64,000 nt of DNA from Alphaproteobacteria bacterium (GCA_965248835.1 CBDFLJ010000001.1:288001-352000); one strand, 5' to 3'; positions 36,687 through 46,247 are shown, counted from the stretch's first letter. A program made the numbers and translations. Notes: generated by a model not told the origin, from the sequence alone.

Positions 36687-37003
36687 AGTCCGCTTCCGGT
36701 CTGACACCGCCCTATGCGATCGAGGTTGTCAATTACCGGCTGGTCGAAGGCACGGATCCGAAGGCGTTCCTGGCGATCAACCATACGGTCGGCAGGGAAT
36801 TCACCAGCGCCCAGCCAGGCTTCCTGCACCGTGAAATCGGCTGCAGCGAGGACGGCACCTGGCTGGTCGCGGTCTACTGGCAAAGCGCCGAGCACGCGCG
36901 GCGCTCGATCGGCAACATCGAGACCATTCCCGAGACGGTGAAGACCTATATGGGATCGATCGACCGCGCGACCCTGACCCGGACACTCTTCGACATCGAG
37001 TGA
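36683..37003 (+). CDS. ABM-like (antibiotic biosynthesis monooxygenase fold) small protein, probable CTG start
   Basis: IEVVNYRL, AQPGFLHREI, W.V.VYWQS.EHA; AAGGAGGT 6 nt before CTG 36683. Confidence 0.65.
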   Translation: MKSASGLTPPYAIEVVNYRLVEGTDPKAFLAINHTVGREFTSAQPGFLHREIGCSEDGTWLVAVYWQSAEHARRSIGNIETIPETVKTYMGSIDRATLTRTLFDIE

Positions 37004-37020
37004 GAGGCCGGCCCGGTCGA

Positions 37021-37665
37021 TCACCCTTCGGGCAAGCGCGCGGGCGCGGCACCGGCGAAGGCCTCGATCTCCAGGCAGCGCGCGAAGATCGCCGCCGCGA
37101 TCGGGTAAGGATCGAGCGGGACATCGAAGCGCTTGGCGCCGAATATCTGGGGCACCAAACAGAGATCGGCGAAGGTCGGGGATTCGCCGTGACAGAAACC
37201 GCCGGTCTGCGGCGATGCGGCGAGGTTCGCTTCGAACGCGGCCAATCCCGCCCCGACCCAGTCGTGGATCCACGCCCGCAGCACCGCCTCGTCCAGACCC
37301 AGCGTCTTGGTGATGTAGTTCCGGGTCCGCGGCACGGCTGCCCTGTGCGTGTCGGCGACGATGATCTGGCAAAGCCCGCGGACCCGCGCGCGCTCGCGCG
37401 CGCCCGCCGGCAGCAGCGGCGGCTCCGGGTGGGTCTCCTCGATGTATTCGAGGATCGCCATCGACTGGAACAGGGCCGGTCCACCGTCGTCCAGCACGAC
37501 CGCCGGGACCACCTGCTGCGGGTTGACCGCCCGGTAGACGGGGTCGAACTGATCGCCCCGGACGAGGTCCAGGAAAATCTCCTCGAACGGCACGCCTTTC
37601 AGGTTGAGTGCGATCCGGGTCCGCATCGTCGCCTGCGAAAGCTGATAACCGTAGATCTTGAGCAT
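37021..37665 (-). CDS. maiA: Maleylacetoacetate/maleylpyruvate isomerase (zeta-class GST)
   Basis: R.RIALNLKG, NPQQVVPA, QSMAILEYIEE, FCHGESPTFADLCLVPQ. Confidence 0.85.
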   Translation of the reverse strand: MLKIYGYQLSQATMRTRIALNLKGVPFEEIFLDLVRGDQFDPVYRAVNPQQVVPAVVLDDGGPALFQSMAILEYIEETHPEPPLLPAGARERARVRGLCQIIVADTHRAAVPRTRNYITKTLGLDEAVLRAWIHDWVGAGLAAFEANLAASPQTGGFCHGESPTFADLCLVPQIFGAKRFDVPLDPYPIAAAIFARCLEIEAFAGAAPARLPEG

Positions 37666-37705
37666 GGGCGCCTCCAGACAATCCGGGACAGAGTCGGTTA
37701 TCGGG

Positions 37706-38539
37706 TCAAGCCTTGACGGCCGTAGCACGGGCCTCCAGGTGGGCCATGGCGATAATGCCGGCCAGGATCACCGCGCCGCCGACCCAGGTCCACAGATCGG
37801 GGAATTCGGCGAACAGCACCAGGCCCAGGACGGCGGAAAAGATCAGCCGCGAGAACTCGAAGGGCAGGACAACGGTGGCATCGGCCGCCGCGTAGGCCCT
37901 GGCGAGCGCCCGCTGGGTCAGCGTCCCCATGAAGCCGATGGCGATCATGATTGCCAGCGCGGTAAGCCCCGGCGTGGTCCAGACGAACAGCGCCGGGACC
38001 AGGGTCAGCGGCGTGAACACCATCACCTGCCACATCGCCATGCAGTCCGGCGGCTCGGTTCGGGACAGCGACTTCATGACGATCGCGACCGCCGCCATCA
38101 CGAAGACCGCGATCAGGGCGAGCAGGACCCCGGTCGAGATCGCGACCATGCCGGGTCGGATGATGATCAGCGCGCCGATGAACCCGATCACGGTCGCGGA
38201 CCAGCGCCTTCCGTAGGCAGCCTCGTGCAGGACCAGCACGGCCGCGGCGGAGGCGAAGATCGGCCGCGTCGTGATGATCGCCGCCACATCGCCCATGGGC
38301 GCTATCGCGATCGCGGAAAAGATCAGATAGGCCGCGGTCAGCCCGAGCAGCCCGCGGATCACGTGCATGCCGGTGCGCCGGGTCCTGAGCCCCCTGAGCC
38401 CGGTGCGGAACAGCCAGGGCAGCAGGAACGCCATGCCGAACAGGCTGCGGAAGAAGACGATCTCGAAGGCGTGGATCTCGGCCGAAATGAACCGGATCAT
38501 GGCGACCATCACCGCCCAGGCCGCCGTTGCGCCCATCAT
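37706..38539 (-). CDS. DMT/EamA family transporter (true start uncertain)
   Basis: FEIVFFRS, L.E....RRW.A..IGFIG..IIIRPG, AY..ADA.VV.PFEF. Confidence 0.88.
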   Translation of the reverse strand: MMGATAAWAVMVAMIRFISAEIHAFEIVFFRSLFGMAFLLPWLFRTGLRGLRTRRTGMHVIRGLLGLTAAYLIFSAIAIAPMGDVAAIITTRPIFASAAAVLVLHEAAYGRRWSATVIGFIGALIIIRPGMVAISTGVLLALIAVFVMAAVAIVMKSLSRTEPPDCMAMWQVMVFTPLTLVPALFVWTTPGLTALAIMIAIGFMGTLTQRALARAYAAADATVVLPFEFSRLIFSAVLGLVLFAEFPDLWTWVGGAVILAGIIAMAHLEARATAVKA

Positions 38540-38614
38540 CCACAGCGCACCCTTGACCGGGGCCGGGATAGCGGCGGCGAGCGCCCTGATGTCTCTTCGC
38601 GCGGCGATCTCGGG

Positions 38615-39229
38615 CTATCGCGTCAGGCTGGGGTCGTGGAGCGTGGTGTCCTGTCCGGGCGGCGGATCGACGATCGCGTCCTCGATCGACTGGGCCTCGC
38701 GCCACTCCTCGGGCGGGCGGACCTGCCCTGGGCTGCCGATCTGATCGAGTCCCCAGTAGATCTCCAGACGATGGTTGTCGGGGTCGCGGAACTCGACGGC
38801 GACCTGGCAGCCGGCGCGGCGGCGGCCGTGGAAGTCGATGGGCACGCCGTGCTTTTCGAGATGCGCGCGGGCGCGCAGCACCTCATCCAGGCTCGCGACC
38901 TCGAAGGCCATGTGGTCGAGCTCGGAATTGTCCGCATCCTCGGTCCTTCCGCCGATCAGCGCGACCCCGTGATGGTCGGCGTTGCAGCGCAGGAACACCA
39001 TTCGGCCGGGCATCATGGTCTCGGGGTAGGCGTCGGAGACCCGGAAGCCCAGCACCTCGGTGTAAAAGGCGGTCGACCGCTCGACGTCGCGCACCTTGAG
39101 GACCACGTGGCCGATCTTTCTGATAGCGAACGGCAGGCCCGTCGGCGGCGCGCGCCCGGCCAGCGCCTTGATGTCGGCTTGTTCCAGCCCTTCGGCGTCG
39201 ACCACGCCGCGACCGCGCTCCAATGCCAT
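38615..39229 (-). CDS. VOC/glyoxalase family protein (extradiol-dioxygenase-like domain)
   Basis: IGHVVL.V.D, FY..VLGF, FLRCNADHH, DHMAFEV, F.DPDNHRLE. Confidence 0.85.
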   Translation of the reverse strand: MALERGRGVVDAEGLEQADIKALAGRAPPTGLPFAIRKIGHVVLKVRDVERSTAFYTEVLGFRVSDAYPETMMPGRMVFLRCNADHHGVALIGGRTEDADNSELDHMAFEVASLDEVLRARAHLEKHGVPIDFHGRRRAGCQVAVEFRDPDNHRLEIYWGLDQIGSPGQVRPPEEWREAQSIEDAIVDPPPGQDTTLHDPSLTR

Positions 39230-39297
39230 CGTTCCGTCCCCTCCAGCCGTTGGATTCCCATCCCGCATTTGAACCACAACTCGCCTTCCGAGAACAG

Positions 39298-39972
39298 TCA
39301 GTGCGAGCCCGCCGCAGCCGCGAGGATCAGGCTCAGCGCCGACAGCTTCCGGCCGGTCTCGCCTGACCAGGCGTTGAAGATCTCCTGGACCCGGCCACGG
39401 TCGCGCTTGTTCCTGGGCGTGCCGTCGATGACGGTGAAGCGGTTGAGCGCGCGCACGACGTCGGGGGTGAGGATGAAGGTATCCTTGCCGGCCATCCGGA
39501 GAAAGACCGGCGCGGAGTTGCCGCCCATCTGCGAGAACCGCTTGGCGATGTCCTCCCACAGCCCGACCACGTCGTCCGCCGGCCAGTCCGCGAGGTAGCG
39601 GCCGAAGCCGCCCTTTTCGTCGGCCAGCAGGCACATCGAAGCGGCGTTCTCGCGCGTCGCTTTGATCTTGCCCCAGTGGCGGATCAGCCGCGCATCGCCC
39701 ATCAGCGATTCGAGGTCCTCATCGCTCATCGCCCGGACGGCGCCCGGCGCGAAGCCCGCGAAGACCTGCTCGAAAGCGGGCCATTTGGCATCGACCACGC
39801 TGTGCTTGATGCCGGCCCGGAAGACCCGCAGGGACATCAGGGACAGGTAGCGGTCGTCGGCAACCGCGGCAAGCTCGGCCGGGCTGGCCGGGCGCGGCAG
39901 GCGCGCGGCCAGATTTTCGGGCCCGCCGGCATTGGCCTCGGCCGCGGCGAGGATCTCCGCGAACGGGCTCAT
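39298..39972 (-). CDS. DNA-3-methyladenine glycosylase I-like protein
   Basis: DDRYLS, VFRAG, VVDAKWPAFE, IRHWGKI, RF..MGG......LR..GKDTF. Confidence 0.8.
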   Translation of the reverse strand: MSPFAEILAAAEANAGGPENLAARLPRPASPAELAAVADDRYLSLMSLRVFRAGIKHSVVDAKWPAFEQVFAGFAPGAVRAMSDEDLESLMGDARLIRHWGKIKATRENAASMCLLADEKGGFGRYLADWPADDVVGLWEDIAKRFSQMGGNSAPVFLRMAGKDTFILTPDVVRALNRFTVIDGTPRNKRDRGRVQEIFNAWSGETGRKLSALSLILAAAAGSH

Positions 39973-40826
39973 GCCGACCCCAGCCGGTCGGCAACCGCGA
40001 CCACGCGGTGCATGGTCCGCAGCACCGGGCGCTCGATCAGCTCGCCGTCGACCACCAGAAGACCGGTGGTGTTGGTCTTGAACGCGTCGATGATCCGTCG
40101 CGCGCGCGCGACCAGCTCCGGCGAGGGCGAGAAGACGCGGTTGATGATCGGGATCTGGTTGGGGTGGATGGCGGCCTTGCCGGTGAAGCCGAGCGCCGCG
40201 GCCGCGCTGGCTTCGGCCTCCAGCCCGTCCGGATCGTCGAGCGTCAGGTAGGGAACATCGAGCAGGTCCAGCCCCGCCCGCGCCGCGGCGTGGACGACGG
40301 CCGAACGGGCGTAGAGCAGGCTCTCCCAGGTCTTCGCCGCGCGCAGATCCGCCGACATGTCGACCGCCCCGAACAGCAGCGAATCGATGCGCGGCGAGGC
40401 CGAGGCGATCGCATGCACGTTGGCGAGCCCATCGGTCGATTCGATGATCACGTGGTAGCGGATGTGTGCGCAGGAATCGGACAGCAGCGCGTCATAGAGC
40501 CTGATCTCGTCGGCCGATCCCACCTTGGCCAGCATCAGGGCCGGCGGCGGCGCCGGGCAGTCGCGCAGCGCCAGGATGTCTTTCAACCCTTCCGCGGTCG
40601 ACAGCGGGTTGATGCGCACCATCGACTCGATGTCGTCCGGCGCCGCTTCGGCGAAAAGCGGCAGGCTGAGGGTGCGGGCCTCGTCCTTGCGGGCAACGGC
40701 CACGGCGTCCTCGAGGTCGACGCAGACGATGTCGCTGCCGGCCTGGAGCGCCTTGGCGTAACGGTCGGGCCGCAAGCCCGGCACGAACAGCAGGCTGCGG
40801 CGCGGGCGCAGAGCGGTCTCCGCCAA
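39969..40826 (-). CDS. CitE/malyl-CoA lyase family CoA-ester lyase
   Basis: TTG start with RBS ggaggg; RRSLLFVPG, DLEDAV, VRIN, IIES, GAVD, GFTGKAAIHP. Confidence 0.9.
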   Translation of the reverse strand: MAETALRPRRSLLFVPGLRPDRYAKALQAGSDIVCVDLEDAVAVARKDEARTLSLPLFAEAAPDDIESMVRINPLSTAEGLKDILALRDCPAPPPALMLAKVGSADEIRLYDALLSDSCAHIRYHVIIESTDGLANVHAIASASPRIDSLLFGAVDMSADLRAAKTWESLLYARSAVVHAAARAGLDLLDVPYLTLDDPDGLEAEASAAAALGFTGKAAIHPNQIPIINRVFSPSPELVARARRIIDAFKTNTTGLLVVDGELIERPVLRTMHRVVAVADRLGSA

Positions 40827-40932
40827 GACGGTCTCCCTCCTGAATTCGGTCGCAAGATCGCACCGGCCCGGGCAGGTGGCAAGCCAGGCGGCGGGATGCG
40901 ATGATCGGGTGGATACAGACAGGGAGGCCGCG

Positions 40933-41415
40933 ATGTTCACCGTCGATCGAACCGTGCCGGTCAACGCCGATCTGGGCCCGGGCGTGCCGGCCCTGGGACG
41001 CAGCCGGGTCTGGGCCGGGCTGGTGCTCAAGGCCGAGGACGCGGTGCCGTTCGTCCCGGCGATGAGCTATTGCCGGGTGACCGGGCGGTTCGAGAACGGG
41101 TTGTTCCGGGACATCGTTTTCCAGGGCGAGGCGATGACCGAGAAGATCATCTACTACCCCGAAGAGCGCATCGAGTTCATCCGCACCTCGGGCATCGAGA
41201 TGGGCACGATCGTCAACGAGATCCTGGAGGACGAGGACGGCGCGCTCCATCTGCGCTTCGCCTTCACCCTGGAGCGCGAGGGGCTTGCGCCGGGCAGCGA
41301 AGAGGAGACCGCGTTCGCCGAAGGCATGGCGCGCGGCTATTTGATCGCCGTGCAGGCGACGGTCGACGAGATCCGACGCCGCGTGGTCGCCGGCGCGCTC
41401 GCCGCCGCCGGCTAG
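40933..41415 (+). CDS. AtaL/DUF1857-like SRPBCC-fold protein
   Basis: RBS gggagg; PVN, VW.GL..KA....FVP.M..C, G.I.N.I, L.LRF.F. Confidence 0.7.
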   Translation: MFTVDRTVPVNADLGPGVPALGRSRVWAGLVLKAEDAVPFVPAMSYCRVTGRFENGLFRDIVFQGEAMTEKIIYYPEERIEFIRTSGIEMGTIVNEILEDEDGALHLRFAFTLEREGLAPGSEEETAFAEGMARGYLIAVQATVDEIRRRVVAGALAAAG

Positions 41416-42638
41416 AGCCGCCGTTCCAGCCGCCACAGGACGGCCGTCGCGGCGAGGCCGACGATCGCTGCCGGGCCGGTGAGCCAGATGGCGCCCTCCC
41501 AGGTCTCCGCGCCCGAGACGAGGTAGGCGAGGATCGGCGGGCCGATGAACTGGCCGAGCGCGAGCGCCTGGATGATCAGCCCGATGCAGGTCGCGACCAG
41601 CACCGGCGAGGCGGCGTGGCGCGGCGCGGCATCGAGCACGACCGGCGGGATGAAACCGCCGACGAAGGGCAGCAACATCGCCAGCGCTAGGCGCAGGACC
41701 GAATCGATGTCGTCTTCGAAGATGCCGAGCGCGCAGGCGAACAGGCCGATATAGGCGACCGCGATGATACGCGGCGCCGACCAGCCGCGGCGCAGCAGCC
41801 ACGCCCCGACGATGCAGCCCGGCGCATTGGTGACCACCGAAAGGGCGACCAGATAGGCCGCGCTGTCGGCGGCATAGCCCTGGCGCTCGATCAGAAAGGT
41901 CGGCAGGAAGGCGGTCACCGAGAGGTAGATCAGCGAGTAGGCCGAGAAGCAGATCGCAAGGGTCGGCGGGCCGGGGCTGGTCAGCGTCCGCCACATCGCG
42001 GCCAGGATCCGCGGCCGATCGGGCGGGGACGCCGGGACCGGCTGCCGGCGCATGGTCGTCCAGCCGGCGAGCGCCAGCGCTGCCAGCGCCAGCACGGCAT
42101 TGACCTGCCACAGCCCGCGCCAGCCGGCGAGATCGAGGAACACCGGCGAGATCACGATCATGCCGCCGAGCCCGACCGGCATGTAGAACGCCCATATGCC
42201 GAGCGCCAGGCCGCGGTCGCGCGGGATCGCCAGGGCGGCGATGAGCGCCGGCCCGGCGGCCAGGACCGCGATGTAGCCGGTCCCCTCGACCAGCCGGGTC
42301 GCGATCAGCATCGTCCCGGATTCGGCGAAGCTGCCCAGGACCGTGCCCAGCGCGACCACCCCCATGCCGCCCATCAGCACGAGGCGGTGGCCGATGCGGT
42401 CGGCGATGAAGCCCCACAGCATGCCCGTTGCAAGCCCGACGGCGGCGAAGGTCGAGATCACCCAGCCCGCGGTGACCAGGCTCAGCCCCAGGTCGGCCCG
42501 CAGGGCCGGCACCGAGGCGGGCAGCTTGCCGATCTGGAAAGCGGCGACGATCCCGGCCAGGGCGACCGCGAAGACCGCCGTCCAGAGCGTGTGCGCCAGC
42601 GGCGTTTCAGCCGCCGAATTGCGGCTCGGGAAGGCCAC
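41412..42638 (-). CDS. MFS transporter (CynX/NimT-like); start uncertain (GTG 42638 or CTG 42599)
   Basis: AAFQIGKLP..P.L..DLGLS, ADRIG.R, RLVEG, R..ALG.W..YMP.G. Confidence 0.85.
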   Translation of the reverse strand: MAFPSRNSAAETPLAHTLWTAVFAVALAGIVAAFQIGKLPASVPALRADLGLSLVTAGWVISTFAAVGLATGMLWGFIADRIGHRLVLMGGMGVVALGTVLGSFAESGTMLIATRLVEGTGYIAVLAAGPALIAALAIPRDRGLALGIWAFYMPVGLGGMIVISPVFLDLAGWRGLWQVNAVLALAALALAGWTTMRRQPVPASPPDRPRILAAMWRTLTSPGPPTLAICFSAYSLIYLSVTAFLPTFLIERQGYAADSAAYLVALSVVTNAPGCIVGAWLLRRGWSAPRIIAVAYIGLFACALGIFEDDIDSVLRLALAMLLPFVGGFIPPVVLDAAPRHAASPVLVATCIGLIIQALALGQFIGPPILAYLVSGAETWEGAIWLTGPAAIVGLAATAVLWRLERRL

Positions 42639-43485
42639 GAACACCCGCCTCGAACGCGAACAGCGCGCCGGCCAGCGGCGTCTCGGCGAGCGCGGCGCGG
42701 TCCATGCCGAGCGATGCCGTGGAGATGTAAAGCGTCTCCAGGTCGGGCCCGCCGAAGGCGCAGCAGGTGACCTGGAGCACCGGCAGCGCGACCTCCCGGT
42801 CGACCGCGCCATCGGGGTCGTAGCGCCTCACGCGGCCGCCGAACATCTGCGCGCACCACAGGAAGCCCTCGCTGTCGACGGTCGCGCCATCGGTGACGCC
42901 GACCCCTTCGCCCAGCTCGACGAAGACCCGCTTGTTGTCGATCTCCCCGCTCGCCTGGTCGAAATCGAAGGCCCAGATCTGCATCGACATGCTGTCGGTG
43001 AAGTACATCGTCGTGCCGTCGGGGCTCCAGCACAGCGCGTTGGGGATCCGGATGTCGGTCAGCGCAGCGGTAAACTGTCCATCGGCGGTGATGCGCCACA
43101 GCGTGCCGACCGGCCGGTGGCCAGGGTCCTGCATCGTGCCGCACCAGAACCGCCCGGCACGGTCGACTTTGCCGTCGTTCATCCGGTTCTGGTTGAACCG
43201 GTGCCCGCCCTCGGGATCGACCAGCGGCTCGAATTCGCCGCTTTCCAGGTCGAAATAGGCAACCCCGGTCCTGAGCCCGGCGACCAGCCGGCCGGATCCG
43301 GCCAGTCCGATCGAGCCGATCTCGGTCTCGACCAGCCAGTGCCTGCGCTCGCCGCTGGCGGGATCGAGCCGATGGATCGTCGGGTTGTTGATGTCGACCC
43401 AGTAGATCGCGCCCTCCTCGGGCGACCACAAGGTGCTTTCGCCGAGGATCGCATTGTTCCGGACCACGGGTACGGGTTCGCTCAT
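42607..43485 (-). CDS. SMP-30/gluconolactonase/LRE family protein
   Basis: LGES..W, YWVDI, RMNDGKVD..GRFW.GTM, PNA..WSPDG, DGATVD. Confidence 0.92.
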   Translation of the reverse strand: MSEPVPVVRNNAILGESTLWSPEEGAIYWVDINNPTIHRLDPASGERRHWLVETEIGSIGLAGSGRLVAGLRTGVAYFDLESGEFEPLVDPEGGHRFNQNRMNDGKVDRAGRFWCGTMQDPGHRPVGTLWRITADGQFTAALTDIRIPNALCWSPDGTTMYFTDSMSMQIWAFDFDQASGEIDNKRVFVELGEGVGVTDGATVDSEGFLWCAQMFGGRVRRYDPDGAVDREVALPVLQVTCCAFGGPDLETLYISTASLGMDRAALAETPLAGALFAFEAGVRGLPEPQFGG

Positions 43486-43581
43486 CGGTATGGCACCTCC
43501 CGGTGCGAGTATCGCACCTGAGCCTGCGTTGCGGTATCCTGGGAATCGAACGGGAAACGACACCAGTCAGGGGGAGTGCCG

Positions 43582-44340
43582 ATGGGACGGCTCGACGGCA
43601 AGGTCGCGATTGTTACCGGCGCCGCGCAGGGAATCGGCGCGGCCTACGCCAAGCGGTTCGCCGAGGAAGGCGCGAAAATTGCGATCTGCGACATCATGGA
43701 CTGCACCAACGTGGTCAACACGATCACCCAGTCCGGCGGCGAGGCGTTCGGCATGGAAGTCGACGTGGGCGAGGAGGCCCAGGTCGAGGCGCTGATCGCC
43801 AGGACGGTCGAGACCTTCGGCAAGGTCGACATCATGGTGCCCAACGCCGCCATCTTCGCGACCATCGAGCGGCGCTCGTTCCTGGAGATCGGCGTGGAGG
43901 AGTGGGACAAGCTGATGGCGGTCAACGTGCGCGGCGTGTTCGTGTGCATCAAGGCGGTCGTGCCGGAGATGAAAAAGCAGGGCTATGGCAAGATCGTCAA
44001 CATCTCCTCGGGCACCGTTCAGGCCGGGGTCCCGTGGATGCTCCACTACGTCTCATCGAAAGGCGCGGTCGATGCGATGACCCGGGCCGTGGCGCGCGAG
44101 GTCGGCGATTTCGGCATCCGGGTCAACTCGATCGCACCCGGTTTCACCATGTCCGAGCAGATCGAGTCCCAGCGCGAGGCGCTACAGTTCAATATCGACA
44201 TGAACCTCGCCGGGCGCGCCTTCAAACGCGACGAGATGCCCGAGGACCTGCTGGGCACGATGGTCTTCCTTGCCTCGCCCGAGAGCGACTTCATCACCGG
44301 CCAGACCATCCTGGTCGATGGCGGGCTGGTGATGCATTAG
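43582..44340 (+). CDS. Short-chain dehydrogenase/reductase
   Basis: TGAAQGIG, NAA, YVSSK, IRVNSIAPG, ITGQ...VDGG. Confidence 0.93.
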   Translation: MGRLDGKVAIVTGAAQGIGAAYAKRFAEEGAKIAICDIMDCTNVVNTITQSGGEAFGMEVDVGEEAQVEALIARTVETFGKVDIMVPNAAIFATIERRSFLEIGVEEWDKLMAVNVRGVFVCIKAVVPEMKKQGYGKIVNISSGTVQAGVPWMLHYVSSKGAVDAMTRAVAREVGDFGIRVNSIAPGFTMSEQIESQREALQFNIDMNLAGRAFKRDEMPEDLLGTMVFLASPESDFITGQTILVDGGLVMH

Positions 44341-44420
44341 GCAACGGAGATGCGTTCACGCCACGGCTGCACGGCGCCGGAAGGCATCGGGAAAGCGGCC
44401 GGATAGAACGGAAGAGCGCG

Positions 44421-45035
44421 ATGCTGGTCCTGGTCACCAACACCGAACCCAGGCCGCACGGGCCCTGGCATACGCCGGAACGCCACAGCGGATGCCTCAA
44501 CCACTGGGTCGGCCAGCACCGGATGGGCGTTGCGATCATCTATCCGATCATGTTCGTGCGCGGCTATGCGATGTACATGGAGGTCCCCTCGGGCCGCGCG
44601 CTGCGGAAGATCCTGCAGGGCAATCCGATGTGGCCGGACGAGACCTACCGGATCTACATCCTTGAAGAGGAGGAGGACCAGCCGTTGAAGTACGAACCGG
44701 TCCCGCCCGGAAAGGAGCGTTTCCTGATCCTTGCGCGTCCGGCCAAGCCGCTGCCGCCGGATCTGGATTACGCGGGCACGGATGCCATGCTCGCCCGCAT
44801 CCGAGAGGAGCATGGCGCGATCATCCATCGTCTGGTCGAGGACATCGCGGGCTATGCCATCCTGATCGACGTCCAGAGCAACGACCAGATCCGCGCGCTC
44901 CTGGAGCCGCTGCCCATCACCGCCTACGTCAATTACGAGATCCGCCCGCTAGGGACGCTCGAGGCGCACAGCCAGCACATCCGCGACCTCGGGCTGCAGG
45001 ACCCGTTCCAGTCCAACCTTCCGCCGGTCGACTGA
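44421..45035 (+). CDS. Hypothetical protein with two muconolactone-isomerase-like repeats
   Basis: ATG 44421; halves GYAMYMEVPSGRALRKILQGNP and GYAILIDVQSNDQIRALLEPLP...YEIRPL. Confidence 0.6.
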   Translation: MLVLVTNTEPRPHGPWHTPERHSGCLNHWVGQHRMGVAIIYPIMFVRGYAMYMEVPSGRALRKILQGNPMWPDETYRIYILEEEEDQPLKYEPVPPGKERFLILARPAKPLPPDLDYAGTDAMLARIREEHGAIIHRLVEDIAGYAILIDVQSNDQIRALLEPLPITAYVNYEIRPLGTLEAHSQHIRDLGLQDPFQSNLPPVD

Positions 45036-45047
45036 TCACCGGCGCGC

Positions 45048-46247
45048 ATGGCCCGACAGACCCGCGAGCCGAGCACGGCGCTGTTCATCGCGCTGGTCGC
45101 GATCACGTTCGTCGGGCCGATGTCGATCCATCTGTTCCTGCCGGCGATCGCCCTGGTCCAGCGCGCCTTCGCCGTCGATGCCGCCACCGCCCAGCTCTCC
45201 TTCAGCCTCGCGATGTTCGCCATGGCCTTCGGCACGCTGGTCTATGGCAGCCTGTCGGACCGGCTGGGGCGGCTGCCGGTGCTGATCGGCGGCCTGGCGC
45301 TGTTTACCGCCGGCGCGGCGATTGCCGCGCTCGCGCCGTCGATCGAGATCCTGATTGCCGGCCGCATCCTGCAGGGGCTGGGCGCCGCCTGCGGGCTGGT
45401 GATCGCGCGGACCGTCGTTCGTGATGTCTACGGCGCCGACCGGCTCGGGTCGATGATCGCCTATCTGACCGCGGCCTATGTGATCGGTCCGATGATCTCA
45501 CCGCCGATCGGCGGGATGCTCGGCGATGCTTTCGGATGGCAGTCGATCCTGGTCGTGCCGGCGGTCTTCGGCTTGCTGGTCGTTGTCGTCGCGGTCGTGG
45601 TCATTGGCGAGACCCGGCAGGGTACGCCCCAGGCGGCGATCGGCCTGATCCGCAGCTACCGCCGGCTCCTGGGCAGTCTGCGTTTCGACCTGTTGACGCT
45701 TCATGTCGGGTTCGGCGGGGCGTCCTTTTTCGCGCTCAATACCGGTGCCTCGTTCCTGGTCGTCGACGCCCTGGGCCGGCCGGCCAGCGAATACGGGTTC
45801 TACTTCGTCCTGGGCGCGCTCGGCTTCATGGCCGGCAACTTCTTCTCCGGCCGGCTCAACCGCCGCCACGACGGCAGCCTGTTGACCACCGTCGGGGCGT
45901 ATCTCGCGGTGGCCGGGATCCTGACGATGATCCCCCTCTACCTCGTCATCGGGCTGCACCCGATCACCCTGTTCGTTCCCTCCGGCCTGATGTCCTTCGG
46001 CCAGGGCCTGTCCTGGCCGCACGTCCAGGCCGCGGCGATCACGACCGACCCGCTGCTCACCGGGACCGCTTCGGGCATCGTCGTGTTCGCCATGTTCATC
46101 ATGGCTGCAACCTTCTCCCAGATCGTCGCCGCGCTCTATGACGGCACCGCGATCCCCGTGATGATCATCGTGATTTCGACGATGATCATCGCCTCGGCCT
46201 GCGTGCTGCTGGCGCTGCGGCTGCCGGCGCCGATCGCGGCCCGGTAG
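45048..46247 (+). CDS. Bcr/CflA family MFS transporter
   Basis: LFLPA, YGSLSDRLGR.PV, GRILQGLG, VVRDVY. Confidence 0.9.
   Translation: MARQTREPSTALFIALVAITFVGPMSIHLFLPAIALVQRAFAVDAATAQLSFSLAMFAMAFGTLVYGSLSDRLGRLPVLIGGLALFTAGAAIAALAPSIEILIAGRILQGLGAACGLVIARTVVRDVYGADRLGSMIAYLTAAYVIGPMISPPIGGMLGDAFGWQSILVVPAVFGLLVVVVAVVVIGETRQGTPQAAIGLIRSYRRLLGSLRFDLLTLHVGFGGASFFALNTGASFLVVDALGRPASEYGFYFVLGALGFMAGNFFSGRLNRRHDGSLLTTVGAYLAVAGILTMIPLYLVIGLHPITLFVPSGLMSFGQGLSWPHVQAAAITTDPLLTGTASGIVVFAMFIMAATFSQIVAALYDGTAIPVMIIVISTMIIASACVLLALRLPAPIAAR

Noticed and set aside
43503-45035. 510-aa ORF (and the extended N-termini of the 662, 32723, 9159-11918 and 11573-12943 ORFs)
   Set aside because: The upstream portions are off-frame overlaps with real genes. 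The true starts are internal.
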